49,066 bases of DNA from an uncultured bacterium (GTDB lineage: Bacteria; Actinomycetota; Actinomycetes; S36-B12; UBA5976). The stretch is taken from assembly GCA_963978265.1 (NCBI GenBank), contig CAXBQV010000002.1:1-49066 (forward strand). Reading direction: 5' to 3'. Shown here one piece after another: positions 29,111 through 38,932 of the stretch (position 1 is its first letter; each line of letters opens with the position of its first letter). A program made the position numbers and the translations under genes. The notes beneath the pieces are model-generated. The model was not told the DNA's origin. It was given only the letters and a program-made list of their open reading frames with translations, and did not search any database.

Positions 29111-29431
29111 CTACAGGTACGCGGCGAGGTCTGCCAGCAGAGCAGCCTTCGGCTTCGCGCCGATGATCTGCTTCACGAGCTGGCCCTTGACGTAGACGTT
29201 CATCGTAGGAATCGAGGTGACACGGGCGGCCGCGGCCTGCACCGGGTTCTCGTCGACATTGAGCTTCACGATCTTGATCTGCGGATTCGCGCCCGCGATC
29301 TCTTCGAGAATTGGAGCAACCAATTTGCAAGGACCGCACCATTCGGCCCAGAAATCGACGACCACCGGCTTCTCGCTGTTGAGAACTTCGGCATCGAATG
29401 TGCTGTCGGTGACGATGACTGTGGCACCCAT
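29111..29431 (-). CDS. trxA: Thioredoxin
   Basis: VDFWAEWCGPCK active site, 106 aa, AAGGAG RBS. Confidence 0.95.
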   Translation of the reverse strand: MGATVIVTDSTFDAEVLNSEKPVVVDFWAEWCGPCKLVAPILEEIAGANPQIKIVKLNVDENPVQAAAARVTSIPTMNVYVKGQLVKQIIGAKPKAALLADLAAYL

Positions 29432-29464
29432 GTTGCTCCTTTGGTATTACCCGAATCGTACTGG

Positions 29465-30388
29465 TCAGTGCTTGGCCGCAAGCCAGCGCTCGGCGTCGAG
29501 CGCGGCGGCACAGCCGGATCCTGCGGCGGTGATTGCCTGACGGTACGTGTGGTCGACAAGGTCACCGGCTGCGAAGACGCCGTCGATCGAGGTGTGCGTG
29601 GAACGGCCCCGCACGATCACATATCCAGCCGCATCGATGTCGAGTTGCTCCTTGAACAGTTCGCTGCGCGGATCGTGTCCGATGGCCACGAAAACGCCGG
29701 TGACGTCGAGCGTGCGCTGGGCGCCGGTCTGCGTGTCCTCGACGCGGAGCCCGTTCACCTGATCGTCACCGAGTACATCGACGACCTTGGTGTTCCACAC
29801 GAATTCGATCTTCGGATCGTTGTGCGCACGTTCGACCATGATCCGCGATGCACGCAGTTCGTCACGACGATGGACGAGGTAGACCTTCTCGGCGAACCGG
29901 GTGAGGAACGTTGCCTCCTCGACGGCGGAATCGCCGCCACCGATCACGGCGATTGTCTGACCTCGGAAAAAGAAACCATCACACGTTGCGCACCAGGAGA
30001 CACCGTGACCGGAGAGGCGCTTCTCGTTCGGCACGTTCAGTTCCCGGTATGCGGAGCCGGTGGCGAGGATCACAGCCTTCGCCTGATGTTGATTGCCACT
30101 GCCGTCGACAACTGTCTTCACATCGCCTTTCAGGTCGACGGACACGATGTCGTCGGTGATGAGTTCGGCGCCGAACCGGAGTGCTTGCGCTCGCATGTTC
30201 TCCATGAGTTGCGGACCCAGGATGCCGTGCTCGAAGCCGGGGAAGTTCTCAACCTCGGTCGTGTTCATCAAGGCCCCGCCGGCCGTCACAGCACCCTCGA
30301 AAACAAGCGGCTTCAGTTGTGCACGTGCCGCGTACACGGCGGCGGTGTAGCCCGATGGGCCGGAGCCGATGATGATGACGTCGCGCAC
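29465..30388 (-). CDS. trxB: Thioredoxin-disulfide reductase
   Basis: [13 protein letters not shown], the redox CATCDG motif and [10 protein letters not shown] are present. The GTG start follows an AAGGAG RBS. Confidence 0.95.
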   Translation of the reverse strand: MRDVIIIGSGPSGYTAAVYAARAQLKPLVFEGAVTAGGALMNTTEVENFPGFEHGILGPQLMENMRAQALRFGAELITDDIVSVDLKGDVKTVVDGSGNQHQAKAVILATGSAYRELNVPNEKRLSGHGVSWCATCDGFFFRGQTIAVIGGGDSAVEEATFLTRFAEKVYLVHRRDELRASRIMVERAHNDPKIEFVWNTKVVDVLGDDQVNGLRVEDTQTGAQRTLDVTGVFVAIGHDPRSELFKEQLDIDAAGYVIVRGRSTHTSIDGVFAAGDLVDHTYRQAITAAGSGCAAALDAERWLAAKH

Positions 30389-30414
30389 GGTTTCTCCTTG
30401 TTCTGTGCAGACGA

Positions 30415-30441
30415 AACCCTATTGGGTTGCTGCTTATTCCC
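30415..30441 (-). promoter_or_regulatory. SigH/SigR-type (thiol-stress ECF sigma) promoter upstream of trxB
   Basis: The minus strand reads GGGAAT-aagcagcaacccaatag-GGTT, which is GGAAT-N18-GTT, about 27 nt upstream of the trxB GTG. The -35 element overlaps the murJ stop codon. trxBA operons are classic SigR/SigH targets. Confidence 0.55.
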
Positions 30442-32053
30442 CGCGACGCCGCAGCAGGCCGTAGGCGGTCTTCACATCTTCGACATGCAGTAGCCGTGCC
30501 ACTACGAGGTAGCCGCCGAGGACCACCATCGACACAAGTCCTGCGAGGAGCAGCAACTGGATTCGTGATGCCGCGTCGAGGATGTCGGCAAGCATTTCCC
30601 GGACGATGAACCCGAGTACGACTCCGGCGGTAGCGGCGATGCCAGTGCGCACGAGTGCCTGAACCGTGCGCGATGTGTCGAGTGTTCCGAGTCGGCGTTC
30701 GAGGAATGGCCATGCCACCAGCAGTGCGATCCAGTAGGCGGCCACATAGGCAACGGCAAGGGACTGCACTTTGAATCCCAAGGGAACTGCGTTGAAGAAC
30801 GGAATCGAGAGCCCAAGATTCACCGCGTTGATGAGCAGTGTGATGAAGAACGGTGCCTTTGTGTCCTCCAGCGCATACCAACCCCGGAAAAGCAGATAGA
30901 TGAGGGTGAACGGCAACAGCCCGAGCGCGAACACCTGTACGACGTTGCCGGTGATCTCCGCCGATGCTCTTGTTGCTGCGCCGAAACCGAACAACACGGT
31001 GGTCAATTGCGGTGCCACGATGACGAGCACCCCGGCGATGGGAAGGATCAGTGCTCCGATCATGCGGATGCCCCGCCCCAATCGTTCGCCAACTTCTTCG
31101 AGCGCGCCGTCATGCGCAATCCTGCTCAATTGCGGCAGGAGTGCGGTCACCAGTGAAACCGTGATCACCGAATGGGGCAGCATGAAGACGAGATGTGCCT
31201 TCTGGTACGTCGTGAGTCCGGCCGCCGCTGCACCCTGGGCGATGGCCTGCACGTTCGCGTTCGTCGCCAAGCGGGTGACGACGACGTACGCAAGCTGGTT
31301 GACCATCACGAGGGCAAGCGTCCACAGTGCCAAGGTGCCGGCTTTACCGAGGCCCTGACCCTTGAGGTCGAACCGTGGCCGGTAGACATACCCGGCGCGA
31401 CGCAGCATCGGCAGCAGGATGAGGGCCTGCGCAATCACACCGAGCGTGGTCCCCGCACCGAGTACTGCCACCTGCGTCGGACCGAGCGTTGCGTTGGCGA
31501 CGTCCGACGCAGTGGTCATCGAGATGAAGACGCCGAAGGTCACAATGGCGACAACATTGTTGATGATCGGTGCGAACATCGGGAGTGCGAAGTGCCCGCG
31601 TGCGTTGAGCACTTGCGACCACATTGTGAACAGTCCATAGAACACGATCTGTGGGAGACACCACCGGGCGAAGGCGGTGGCGAGCGCAGCATGTTCCGCC
31701 GTGTAGTCGCTCGACGCGTAGAGGGAGACCAACTGCGGTGCGAGGATGACGGCGACAGTTGTGGCCAAGAGCATCCACGCCGTGACGACCGTCAACAGCC
31801 GATCCGCGTAGGCCGTGCCTCCGTCGGCATCATCCGTGATGTGTCGCACCAATTGAGGAATGAACACCGCATTGAGTGCGCCGCCCGCAACAAGGATGGA
31901 GATGATGTTCGGCAGGGTGTTGCCGAGACTGTACGCGTCGGAGGCGATGTAGAACCCGAGCGCAGCCGTCATCGCGATGTCACGGAGGACCCCGGTGACG
32001 CGTGACAGCACCGTGCCGACGGCCATCGTTGCGCTGGAGCGGAGCAGACTCAT
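30434..32053 (-). CDS. murJ: Lipid II flippase MurJ (MviN), flippase domain only
   Basis: MSLLRSSATMAVGTVLSRVTGVLRD N-terminus and about 14 TM segments. ATG 32053 forms an ATGA overlap with the upstream gene stop. The track start at 32236 is rejected. Confidence 0.92.
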   Translation of the reverse strand: MSLLRSSATMAVGTVLSRVTGVLRDIAMTAALGFYIASDAYSLGNTLPNIISILVAGGALNAVFIPQLVRHITDDADGGTAYADRLLTVVTAWMLLATTVAVILAPQLVSLYASSDYTAEHAALATAFARWCLPQIVFYGLFTMWSQVLNARGHFALPMFAPIINNVVAIVTFGVFISMTTASDVANATLGPTQVAVLGAGTTLGVIAQALILLPMLRRAGYVYRPRFDLKGQGLGKAGTLALWTLALVMVNQLAYVVVTRLATNANVQAIAQGAAAAGLTTYQKAHLVFMLPHSVITVSLVTALLPQLSRIAHDGALEEVGERLGRGIRMIGALILPIAGVLVIVAPQLTTVLFGFGAATRASAEITGNVVQVFALGLLPFTLIYLLFRGWYALEDTKAPFFITLLINAVNLGLSIPFFNAVPLGFKVQSLAVAYVAAYWIALLVAWPFLERRLGTLDTSRTVQALVRTGIAATAGVVLGFIVREMLADILDAASRIQLLLLAGLVSMVVLGGYLVVARLLHVEDVKTAYGLLRRRGE

Positions 32054-34029
32054 TCGGCACGCCCCGATCCTGTTCTTCGAACACGCACGCGTCGGACGGT
32101 GTTCACGGCGATGAGCAGGAGCAGTGTGACGAATGCGGCCGCGACCAGATACCCGGCAACCCGCGCATAGGCGGCGGATCGAATATCGAGAATGACGGCG
32201 TCGCCGATCAAGGTGCCCCCGGACGACTCCAACCAAAGCTGGAGGTATGCGATGCCGGATCCGGTGACGCGGGTCGGGATCTCAACACTCACCCGTTTGC
32301 CTGCATTGAGATGCAGTGGCGTTTCGGGTTCCGGCTCGACTCGAACAGACGGAAGCCCGGAGGCATGGAGCACGATGTCCACCGGCACCGGCAGACCGTT
32401 CGCGATCGTGACCGGCACGACACCTTGTTCGGAGCCGAACACGATGTCACCGCGCGTGACCACCCGAACGGACTTCGTGAGCGCTGCCAATTCCGTGCTA
32501 GCAGTTCGTGTGTACGTGTCATCGATGAGATCGCCTGTGAACCAACGTGAGGACAGTCCACTGACAACGTTTGAGACTCCGGTCCTGAACGCCTCATCGG
32601 TCGTCAACCGCTGCAGTAGTCGTTGACGGAAGAGTGCCCGTGACAGCGTGAGTTCCTGCTGCCGTTGACGCTTCGTCGGCTTGCTGACGACGGTTTTTCG
32701 CGGTTCTCCTCGGATCGCAGTTGCCGCGGACACGGTCAACAGGTCGAGCCAGCGCTCATTGAACAGCCCCGAGACCTGCGCCACTTCATCGGGGCGCCAG
32801 GTCTGTGGGATTGCGACGGTGACGACTCGTTGCTTGTTCGGCTGCTCGAGGTAGGTCATGGCGAGCTGGGCGGCAAACTCCTGCCGGAGCAGGTAGTCGT
32901 TGCGATTGCCGGTGAGGACATCTCCGGATGCGCGGTCCACAACAAGCACCGACTGGTTGCTGAAGGCCGGCACTGACATCGAGGAAGCGGGCGTGTACTG
33001 CTTCTGCTGTGCCGGATATGCGGTGTCGCTGACGAGCACCAGGTCGACGCCGAGCTCACGCAGCCGTCGCCAGGTACTGTCGCTGACGCTACCGTCGTAG
33101 ATCTGCACCGCGGTTCCAATCGCGTTCAACTGCAGAACAGTTGCAACGCGCGTTGCAGCAGTGCTGATTGCATCGTCGACCAACACGTTGTGCCCGAATT
33201 TGAGTGCTGCACGGATGTCCATGTCGCCAGCAGGCATCGCATACAACTGGCCACGGTTCGCAACAACGCGGAGATCTGCGAGCCATTGGGCTGCAGCGGA
33301 CATCTCGTCGTTGCTTGCTGCTCGCACATCCCCGTCGTCCGAGATCCGTGCTCCCTCGCTCAACGCCTTCACGGCCTCGAGGGTCACCGGATCGACAAGC
33401 CACGTGGCATTGCGGACGAGGAGCATTGCATTGAGCTGCGACCGGAGTCGGCCACCAATGCGAATCGCATTCGCAAGATCCGGTGAAGTGAACGTGCCGT
33501 CGACGGCTCGTTGTGGCGGTGCGCTCAAGCTGATCACCGGTACGACGCCAAGTGCACGTGCCGTGCCGGTGTTTCGAAGCCACGGAAGAAAGGTCAGTGC
33601 TCGCACGGACGTGATGCCGTCGGCATCGACGATCACACCGAAGGTGTACACGCCCGGACGAGCGGAAGCCAGGCCGAGTGCGTGCGTGCTCACCGTGAGC
33701 GGGATCGTCGTGCTCGCGCCGCTGGAAAGAACCAACCCGGATGCCACCGAATCCGGCAGCACCCGATAGGTGGGCAGTGACTTCCCTTTCGAAATGAGCG
33801 CAATCTGACTCCGTCCCACGAGTGGCGCCGTCGAAATGAAGAACTGGACACGCAGGTTGGCGATGTCGACAGTTCCCGGATTCTCCAATTGCAGATTGAC
33901 CGTGATGTCCGATGTGGGCAGTGCTGGCGTGAGTTCGACGATCGTCGCTTTCAGCATCGGTGCAGCTGTCGCAGGAACTGCAGTCGGAAGCACGATGAGC
34001 GCGATGGCGAGTGCGAGTCGCCGGATCAC
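32050..34029 (-). CDS. DUF6049-family large secreted protein (Rv3909-like), signal peptide plus C-terminal TM anchor
   Basis: N-terminal signal MIRRLALAIALIVLPTAVPATAAP, 659 aa, and a C-terminal hydrophobic anchor followed by an RVRVRR tail. It holds the conserved slot between the NUDIX gene and murJ. Confidence 0.8.
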   Translation of the reverse strand: MIRRLALAIALIVLPTAVPATAAPMLKATIVELTPALPTSDITVNLQLENPGTVDIANLRVQFFISTAPLVGRSQIALISKGKSLPTYRVLPDSVASGLVLSSGASTTIPLTVSTHALGLASARPGVYTFGVIVDADGITSVRALTFLPWLRNTGTARALGVVPVISLSAPPQRAVDGTFTSPDLANAIRIGGRLRSQLNAMLLVRNATWLVDPVTLEAVKALSEGARISDDGDVRAASNDEMSAAAQWLADLRVVANRGQLYAMPAGDMDIRAALKFGHNVLVDDAISTAATRVATVLQLNAIGTAVQIYDGSVSDSTWRRLRELGVDLVLVSDTAYPAQQKQYTPASSMSVPAFSNQSVLVVDRASGDVLTGNRNDYLLRQEFAAQLAMTYLEQPNKQRVVTVAIPQTWRPDEVAQVSGLFNERWLDLLTVSAATAIRGEPRKTVVSKPTKRQRQQELTLSRALFRQRLLQRLTTDEAFRTGVSNVVSGLSSRWFTGDLIDDTYTRTASTELAALTKSVRVVTRGDIVFGSEQGVVPVTIANGLPVPVDIVLHASGLPSVRVEPEPETPLHLNAGKRVSVEIPTRVTGSGIAYLQLWLESSGGTLIGDAVILDIRSAAYARVAGYLVAAAFVTLLLLIAVNTVRRVRVRRTGSGRAE

Positions 34030-34487
34030 GCAACCACGCCCAGGATTTCGAATGCCTTCGTCAGGAGTTGTCGCTCATCGGCGTATGCGAGCCTCGCAGA
34101 GACCTCGGTGAGCGGAATCCATTCGATGGCGTCGACCTCGATGTCGGCATCCGAGAGTTCACCGGATTCGGCGATCAGCAGGAAGTGGTGCACCGTCTTG
34201 TGGATGCGCTTTCCGTCGAGCATGAACCAGAACGCGATCGTTCCAAGCGGCGCGGAGATTGCGGCTGTGAGACCGGTTTCCTCGAAGACTTCACGGATCG
34301 CCGCTTGCTCGGCTGTCTCCCCGGCTTCCAAGTGGCCTTTCGGGAACGACCAGATCATGCGGCCTTTCCGGTCGATGCGTCCGATGATGGCGGCAGCCAT
34401 CTTCTCGGTATCGACGACGAGGCCCCCCGCGCTGGTTTCGTCCTGCCTCTTGCTTCGCCGCTGCGGCCGTTGCCGCGTGCTGGTCAT
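34026..34487 (-). CDS. NUDIX hydrolase (MutT4-like)
   Basis: The Nudix box is GHLEAGETAEQAAIREVFEETGL. The start is ambiguous (34487, 34511 or 34529). A GTGA overlap joins it to the downstream gene. Confidence 0.82.
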   Translation of the reverse strand: MTSTRQRPQRRSKRQDETSAGGLVVDTEKMAAAIIGRIDRKGRMIWSFPKGHLEAGETAEQAAIREVFEETGLTAAISAPLGTIAFWFMLDGKRIHKTVHHFLLIAESGELSDADIEVDAIEWIPLTEVSARLAYADERQLLTKAFEILGVVA

Positions 34488-34522
34488 GCTCCAAGCGTAC
34501 GGGAGACACATACGCTTGCCTC

Positions 34523-35929
34523 GTGACAACGAACCGCCGGGCTCCGCAGATCCCCGAGCCCGTGCTGGCGCTGGGCCGGATCTTCGAGTCCGCCGGCTAC
34601 GAACTGGCCCTCGTCGGCGGTCCGGTTCGCGATGAGTTGCTTGGCCGTCACTCCGGGGACTGGGACCTCACGACGAACGCCCATCCCGAACAGACCCTCG
34701 ACCTGTTGGCGGGCTGGGCCGAGGCCACGTGGGATGTCGGAATCCGCTTCGGCACCGTCGGCGGCCAGCACAAAGGGCTGAAGGTGGAAATCACCACCTA
34801 CCGCACAGAGGCGTACGCGGATCACAGTCGCAAACCCGAGGTGCGCTACGGCACCTCGCTCGAGGAGGACCTCTACCGCCGCGATTTCACCGTGAACGCA
34901 ATGGCCGTGCGGATTCCATCGGGTGAGTTGGTCGATCCGTACAACGGACTCGCGGATGTGATGGCTGGTGTTCTCAGAACTCCGGGGACTCCGGAGATGT
35001 CGTTCTCGGATGATCCGCTGCGCATGATGCGAGCTGCGCGTTTCGCTTCGCAACTCGGATTCACGGTCGCACCTGAAGTCGTCGTCGCGATGACGGAGAT
35101 GTCCGAGCGACTTGCAATCGTGTCCGCCGAACGAGTTCAGGTCGAGTTCTCGAAACTGCTGCTTGGAGCGCATCCGCGCGCTGGGCTCGAGTTGCTGGTG
35201 GAAACCGGGCTCGCGGATCAGTTCATCCCCGAACTTCCGAAATTGCAGTTGGAGATCGACGAGCACCACCACCACAAGGACGTGTACGAGCATTCGTTGA
35301 CCGTGCTCGAGCAGGCGATCGCACTTGAATCGACGCACCTTCCGCAGTGCGAACCGGATCTCACCTTGCGGCTCGCCGCTCTGCTGCACGACATCGGGAA
35401 ACCGAAGACCCGACGATTCGAGGCTGGCGGGGGAGTCTCCTTCCACCATCACGAAGTCGTAGGGGCGAAGTTGGTTGCGAAGCGCCTGGGAGCACTTCGC
35501 TACAGCAACGAGATCATCGATGACGTCTCAAAGCTCGTGGAACTGCATCTTCGGTTCCATGGCTATGGCAGTGGTGAATGGACGGACAGTGCGGTTCGAC
35601 GCTACGTGCGGGATGCCGGAGAACAACTCGTTCGCTTGCACAAACTGACGCGCGCCGATTGCACGACGCGGAACAAGCGCAAGGCGTTCGTCCTGCAGGC
35701 GACCTATGACGAGCTCGAGCGGCACATCGAGGAACTGGCGAAGCAGGAGGAACTCGACGCCATCCGCCCTGATCTCGATGGCAACGAGATCATGGCCATT
35801 CTCGGGATCCAGCCGGGACCGGCAATCGGGCAGGCGTACAAGTTCATGCTCGAGCTTCGGCTCGAGCAGGGACCGCTGGACAAGGAGCAGGCGGAATCCG
35901 CGCTGCGCGCGTGGTGGGCGCAGCGTTAG
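34523..35929 (+). CDS. cca: CCA-adding tRNA nucleotidyltransferase with HD domain
   Basis: LVGGPVRDELLG...DWDL is a pol-beta nucleotidyltransferase motif, and LHDIGKP is an HD segment. All three tRNAs in the window lack an encoded CCA. Confidence 0.9.
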   Translation: MTTNRRAPQIPEPVLALGRIFESAGYELALVGGPVRDELLGRHSGDWDLTTNAHPEQTLDLLAGWAEATWDVGIRFGTVGGQHKGLKVEITTYRTEAYADHSRKPEVRYGTSLEEDLYRRDFTVNAMAVRIPSGELVDPYNGLADVMAGVLRTPGTPEMSFSDDPLRMMRAARFASQLGFTVAPEVVVAMTEMSERLAIVSAERVQVEFSKLLLGAHPRAGLELLVETGLADQFIPELPKLQLEIDEHHHHKDVYEHSLTVLEQAIALESTHLPQCEPDLTLRLAALLHDIGKPKTRRFEAGGGVSFHHHEVVGAKLVAKRLGALRYSNEIIDDVSKLVELHLRFHGYGSGEWTDSAVRRYVRDAGEQLVRLHKLTRADCTTRNKRKAFVLQATYDELERHIEELAKQEELDAIRPDLDGNEIMAILGIQPGPAIGQAYKFMLELRLEQGPLDKEQAESALRAWWAQR

Positions 35930-37188
35930 TTCTTGATTGCAGATGCCAAGGCCACGGTGCTTGCGAGCAGGCAGACGTACACGGCGGATTGCCCTGATGG
36001 CGGCAGCAGATATGCGGCGAGCGCGGTGCCGATAATGATGCCGATGTTGAGCGACATGTCGTAGAGCGCGAAAACACGCCCACGGAAGGCGTCATCGATC
36101 GTCGTCTGGACAACGCTGTCACTGCTGATCTTCACGCATTGACCAGCGAAGCCGATGGCAGTTGCGCCGATAAGAATGGCAACGAATGCTCCTGTGCTCG
36201 GAGCCTTCCACACGCCATACAGATAGCCCGCAGCAATCGTCACGGCCGCGACGAAGAGCACGAGTCGTGCCCACCGAACCACACCCAGCCGATCTGACAG
36301 TGGCGGCGTGAGGAGCGCACCGATGAACGCACCGCCTCCAGCGAACCCGATGGCGATTGAGAACTGCTGCAGCGCCTCATTCGCCTCGTCGACGGTATGG
36401 AAGGCGTTGCGCATCAGGATCAACGTCAGCAGCGTTGCCCCGCCGAAGGCCATTCGATGCATGGAGACGGTCGCGATTGCACGAGCTGCACGCGGATGCG
36501 CCCGCAGGTGTCGGATGCCGCTCAACAACCATGCGAAGACATCCCAGAGTGTTCTGCGTGACGGATGGTCGGGTCCGAGGAGCTGCACCGGAATGCGCGT
36601 CGCGATGATTGATGCAAGCACGTGGAAGACTGCGGCTCCTGCGATGAGCCACGTGTTCACCGCATCACCACCACCAAGCGCGGTGGTGATCGTGAGACCG
36701 GTCAGGCCGCCGACGATCGACATGAGCGTTCCCGAAGTCGGGGCAACTGCATTTCCTGCGACCAAGAGGTCGGCATCCACGACGTGTGGGAGCGAGGCCG
36801 AGAGTGTGGCGAGGACGAAGCGGGCGACACCCAATGTGATGAGCACCATGACTGCCAACCCTCGGCCATCATTCCCAACTGCGACCGTTGCAGAGACGCC
36901 GAGGACGCACAGTGCTCGCAGCAGTGTTGCGATGACGAGGATGCGTTGACGTCGCCAGCGATCGATCACAACACCAACGAATGGTCCGAGGAACGAATAC
37001 GGCAGAAGCAGGACGCCGAACGCAGTGAGAATCTTCAGTGGTGTCGGCTGACGCTCGGGACTGAACAGCACGAACGAGGTCAGTGCAGCTTGCAGGAGTC
37101 CGTCTGCGAACGATCCGGCAACGCGGACGCCCACGAGATTCCGGAAGTCCCTCGCCCGGATGAGCCGTTGGACGTCGGACCGCTGCAT
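35926..37188 (-). CDS. MFS transporter
   Basis: About 12 TM segments and a DRWRRQR loop motif between TM2 and TM3 typical of MFS. Confidence 0.85.
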   Translation of the reverse strand: MQRSDVQRLIRARDFRNLVGVRVAGSFADGLLQAALTSFVLFSPERQPTPLKILTAFGVLLLPYSFLGPFVGVVIDRWRRQRILVIATLLRALCVLGVSATVAVGNDGRGLAVMVLITLGVARFVLATLSASLPHVVDADLLVAGNAVAPTSGTLMSIVGGLTGLTITTALGGGDAVNTWLIAGAAVFHVLASIIATRIPVQLLGPDHPSRRTLWDVFAWLLSGIRHLRAHPRAARAIATVSMHRMAFGGATLLTLILMRNAFHTVDEANEALQQFSIAIGFAGGGAFIGALLTPPLSDRLGVVRWARLVLFVAAVTIAAGYLYGVWKAPSTGAFVAILIGATAIGFAGQCVKISSDSVVQTTIDDAFRGRVFALYDMSLNIGIIIGTALAAYLLPPSGQSAVYVCLLASTVALASAIKN

Positions 37189-37201
37189 GCGTAAACGCTA
37201 A

Positions 37202-37231
37202 CGCTCCCCGCCACTGCTGTGACGGGGAGCG
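37202..37231 (-). terminator. Hairpin downstream of ino1 (putative terminator)
   Basis: CGCTCCCCG/CGGGGAGCG is a 9-bp GC-rich stem with a 12-nt loop. It starts 12 nt after the ino1 stop and has a weak TTAGCGTTTA tail. Confidence 0.45.
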
Positions 37232-37242
37232 CGAGCTGATTT

Positions 37243-38322
37243 CTAGCGTTCGATCTTGCCGGCGATGAAGTCCTCAACGGCCTGCTTCGCCTGCTCGTCG
37301 GTGTACTGCACCGGCGGTGACTTCATGAAGTAGGACGATGCGGACAGGATCGGACCGCCGATTCCACGATCCTTGGCGATCTTGGCAGCGCGGAGGGCGT
37401 CGATGATGATGCCTGCGGAGTTCGGTGAATCCCACACCTCGAGCTTGTATTCGAGGTTGAGCGGGACGTCGCCGAACGTGGTTCCCTCGAGGCGGACGAA
37501 TGCCCACTTGCGGTCGTCGAGCCATGCGACGTAGTCGGAAGGGCCGATGTGCACGTTGCGGTCCCCGAGCTCGTGCTCGAGCTGCGACGTCACCGATTGG
37601 GTCTTGGAGATCTTCTTGGATTCGAGGCGGTCGCGCTCAAGCATGTTCATGAAGTCCATGTTGCCGCCGACATTGAGCTGGTACGTGCGCTCAACCTTGA
37701 CGCCACGGTCCTGGAACAGTTTCGCGAGCACGCGGTGCGTGATCGTTGCGCCGACCTGCGACTTGATGTCGTCGCCGACGATCGGAACACCTGCGGCGGT
37801 GAACTTGTCGGCCCACTCCTTGGTGCCGGCGATGAACACCGGAAGCGCATTGACGAATGCGACCTTCGCGTCGATCGCGCACTGGGCGTAGAACTTGGCT
37901 GCTTCTTCCGAACCGACGGGGAGGTAGCAGATGAGCACGTCGGTCTTCGTGTCCTTGAGGCGCTGCACGATGTCGACCGGCTTCGCATCCGACTCCGTGA
38001 TCGTCATGCGGTAGTACTTGCCGAGGCCGTCGAGGGTGTGACCACGTTCGACCGTGACACCGGTCCGTGGCACATCGCAGATCTTGATCGTGTTGTTCTC
38101 GCTGGCACCGATCGCGTCGGCGAGGTCGAGTCCAACCTTCTTGCTGTCGACGTCGAACGCGGCAACGAATTCGATGTCACGGACGTGGTAGCCCCCGAAG
38201 TCAACGTGCATGAGACCTGGAACGGCCTTACGCGGGTCGGCATCTCGGTAATAGTGCACACCCTGCACGAGCGAAGCCGCGCAGTTACCGACGCCAACGA
38301 TGGCGACTCTGATTGAACCCAT
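37243..38322 (-). CDS. ino1: myo-Inositol-3-phosphate synthase
   Basis: [22 protein letters not shown]-terminus; typical actinobacterial Ino1 length and sequence. ATG 38322 is preceded by AAGGAGAG. Confidence 0.95.
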   Translation of the reverse strand: MGSIRVAIVGVGNCAASLVQGVHYYRDADPRKAVPGLMHVDFGGYHVRDIEFVAAFDVDSKKVGLDLADAIGASENNTIKICDVPRTGVTVERGHTLDGLGKYYRMTITESDAKPVDIVQRLKDTKTDVLICYLPVGSEEAAKFYAQCAIDAKVAFVNALPVFIAGTKEWADKFTAAGVPIVGDDIKSQVGATITHRVLAKLFQDRGVKVERTYQLNVGGNMDFMNMLERDRLESKKISKTQSVTSQLEHELGDRNVHIGPSDYVAWLDDRKWAFVRLEGTTFGDVPLNLEYKLEVWDSPNSAGIIIDALRAAKIAKDRGIGGPILSASSYFMKSPPVQYTDEQAKQAVEDFIAGKIER

Positions 38323-38367
38323 GTGGTTCTCTCTCCTTACTGGTGCCACGCCGGTCGACGTGGGGGT

Positions 38368-38898
38368 CTAGTTGTCTTGATTCTTGCCTTCGGCTTCGAT
38401 GAGTCCATCCAGCCAATGCATCTCGTGCTCAACACTTTCGAGTCCATGTCGTTGCAGCTCGAAGGTGTATGCGTCGGACCGCGTGCGTTCGAGGGACTCG
38501 CGCATCGCAGCGCGACGTTCTGCGAGTCGCATGCGTCGGCCCTCGAGAATGCTGGTTCGTGTCTTCGCACTCGATCGCGAGAAGAAGGCGAAATGCAGAC
38601 CGAAGGTGTCGTCGTTCCACGCGTCCGGACCGGCGTTCGTGAGCAGGTCGTGGAAGCGCTTGCTGCCGTTCTCGGTGATCGTGTACACGATTCGACGACG
38701 ACTCGACGTGTCATCGGTCTGCTCGGTGATGTCGCCGCGGGACACGAGGGTCTTGAGCGTCGGGTAGAGCGAACCGAAGGACAGCGCCTGGAACATGCCG
38801 AGGAGCTGCGAGAGCCGCTTGCGCAGCTCGTATCCGTGGGCTGGGCCGTCCTGAAGGGTGCCGAGAATCGCGAATTCAAGCGCTTCAGCCTTCTTCAC
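38368..38898 (-). CDS. PadR-family transcriptional regulator
   Basis: FAILGTLQDGPAHGYELRKRL...SFGSLYPTLKTLVSRGDI is a winged helix. GTG 38898 has better SD spacing (GGAGG-5 nt) than GTG 38904. It lies upstream of ino1, as with Rv0047c/Rv0046c. Confidence 0.88.
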   Translation of the reverse strand: MKKAEALEFAILGTLQDGPAHGYELRKRLSQLLGMFQALSFGSLYPTLKTLVSRGDITEQTDDTSSRRRIVYTITENGSKRFHDLLTNAGPDAWNDDTFGLHFAFFSRSSAKTRTSILEGRRMRLAERRAAMRESLERTRSDAYTFELQRHGLESVEHEMHWLDGLIEAEGKNQDN

Positions 38899-38909
38899 GG
38901 GCACCTCCT

Positions 38910-38932
38910 CGATATATCGGGACGATACATCG
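38910..38932. promoter_or_regulatory. Tandem 10-bp palindromes in the padR / DUF5318 divergent region (candidate operator)
   Basis: CGATATATCG is a perfect palindrome. After a GGA spacer comes CGATACATCG, with one mismatch. The pair lies 6-12 nt upstream of the padR start. Confidence 0.3.
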
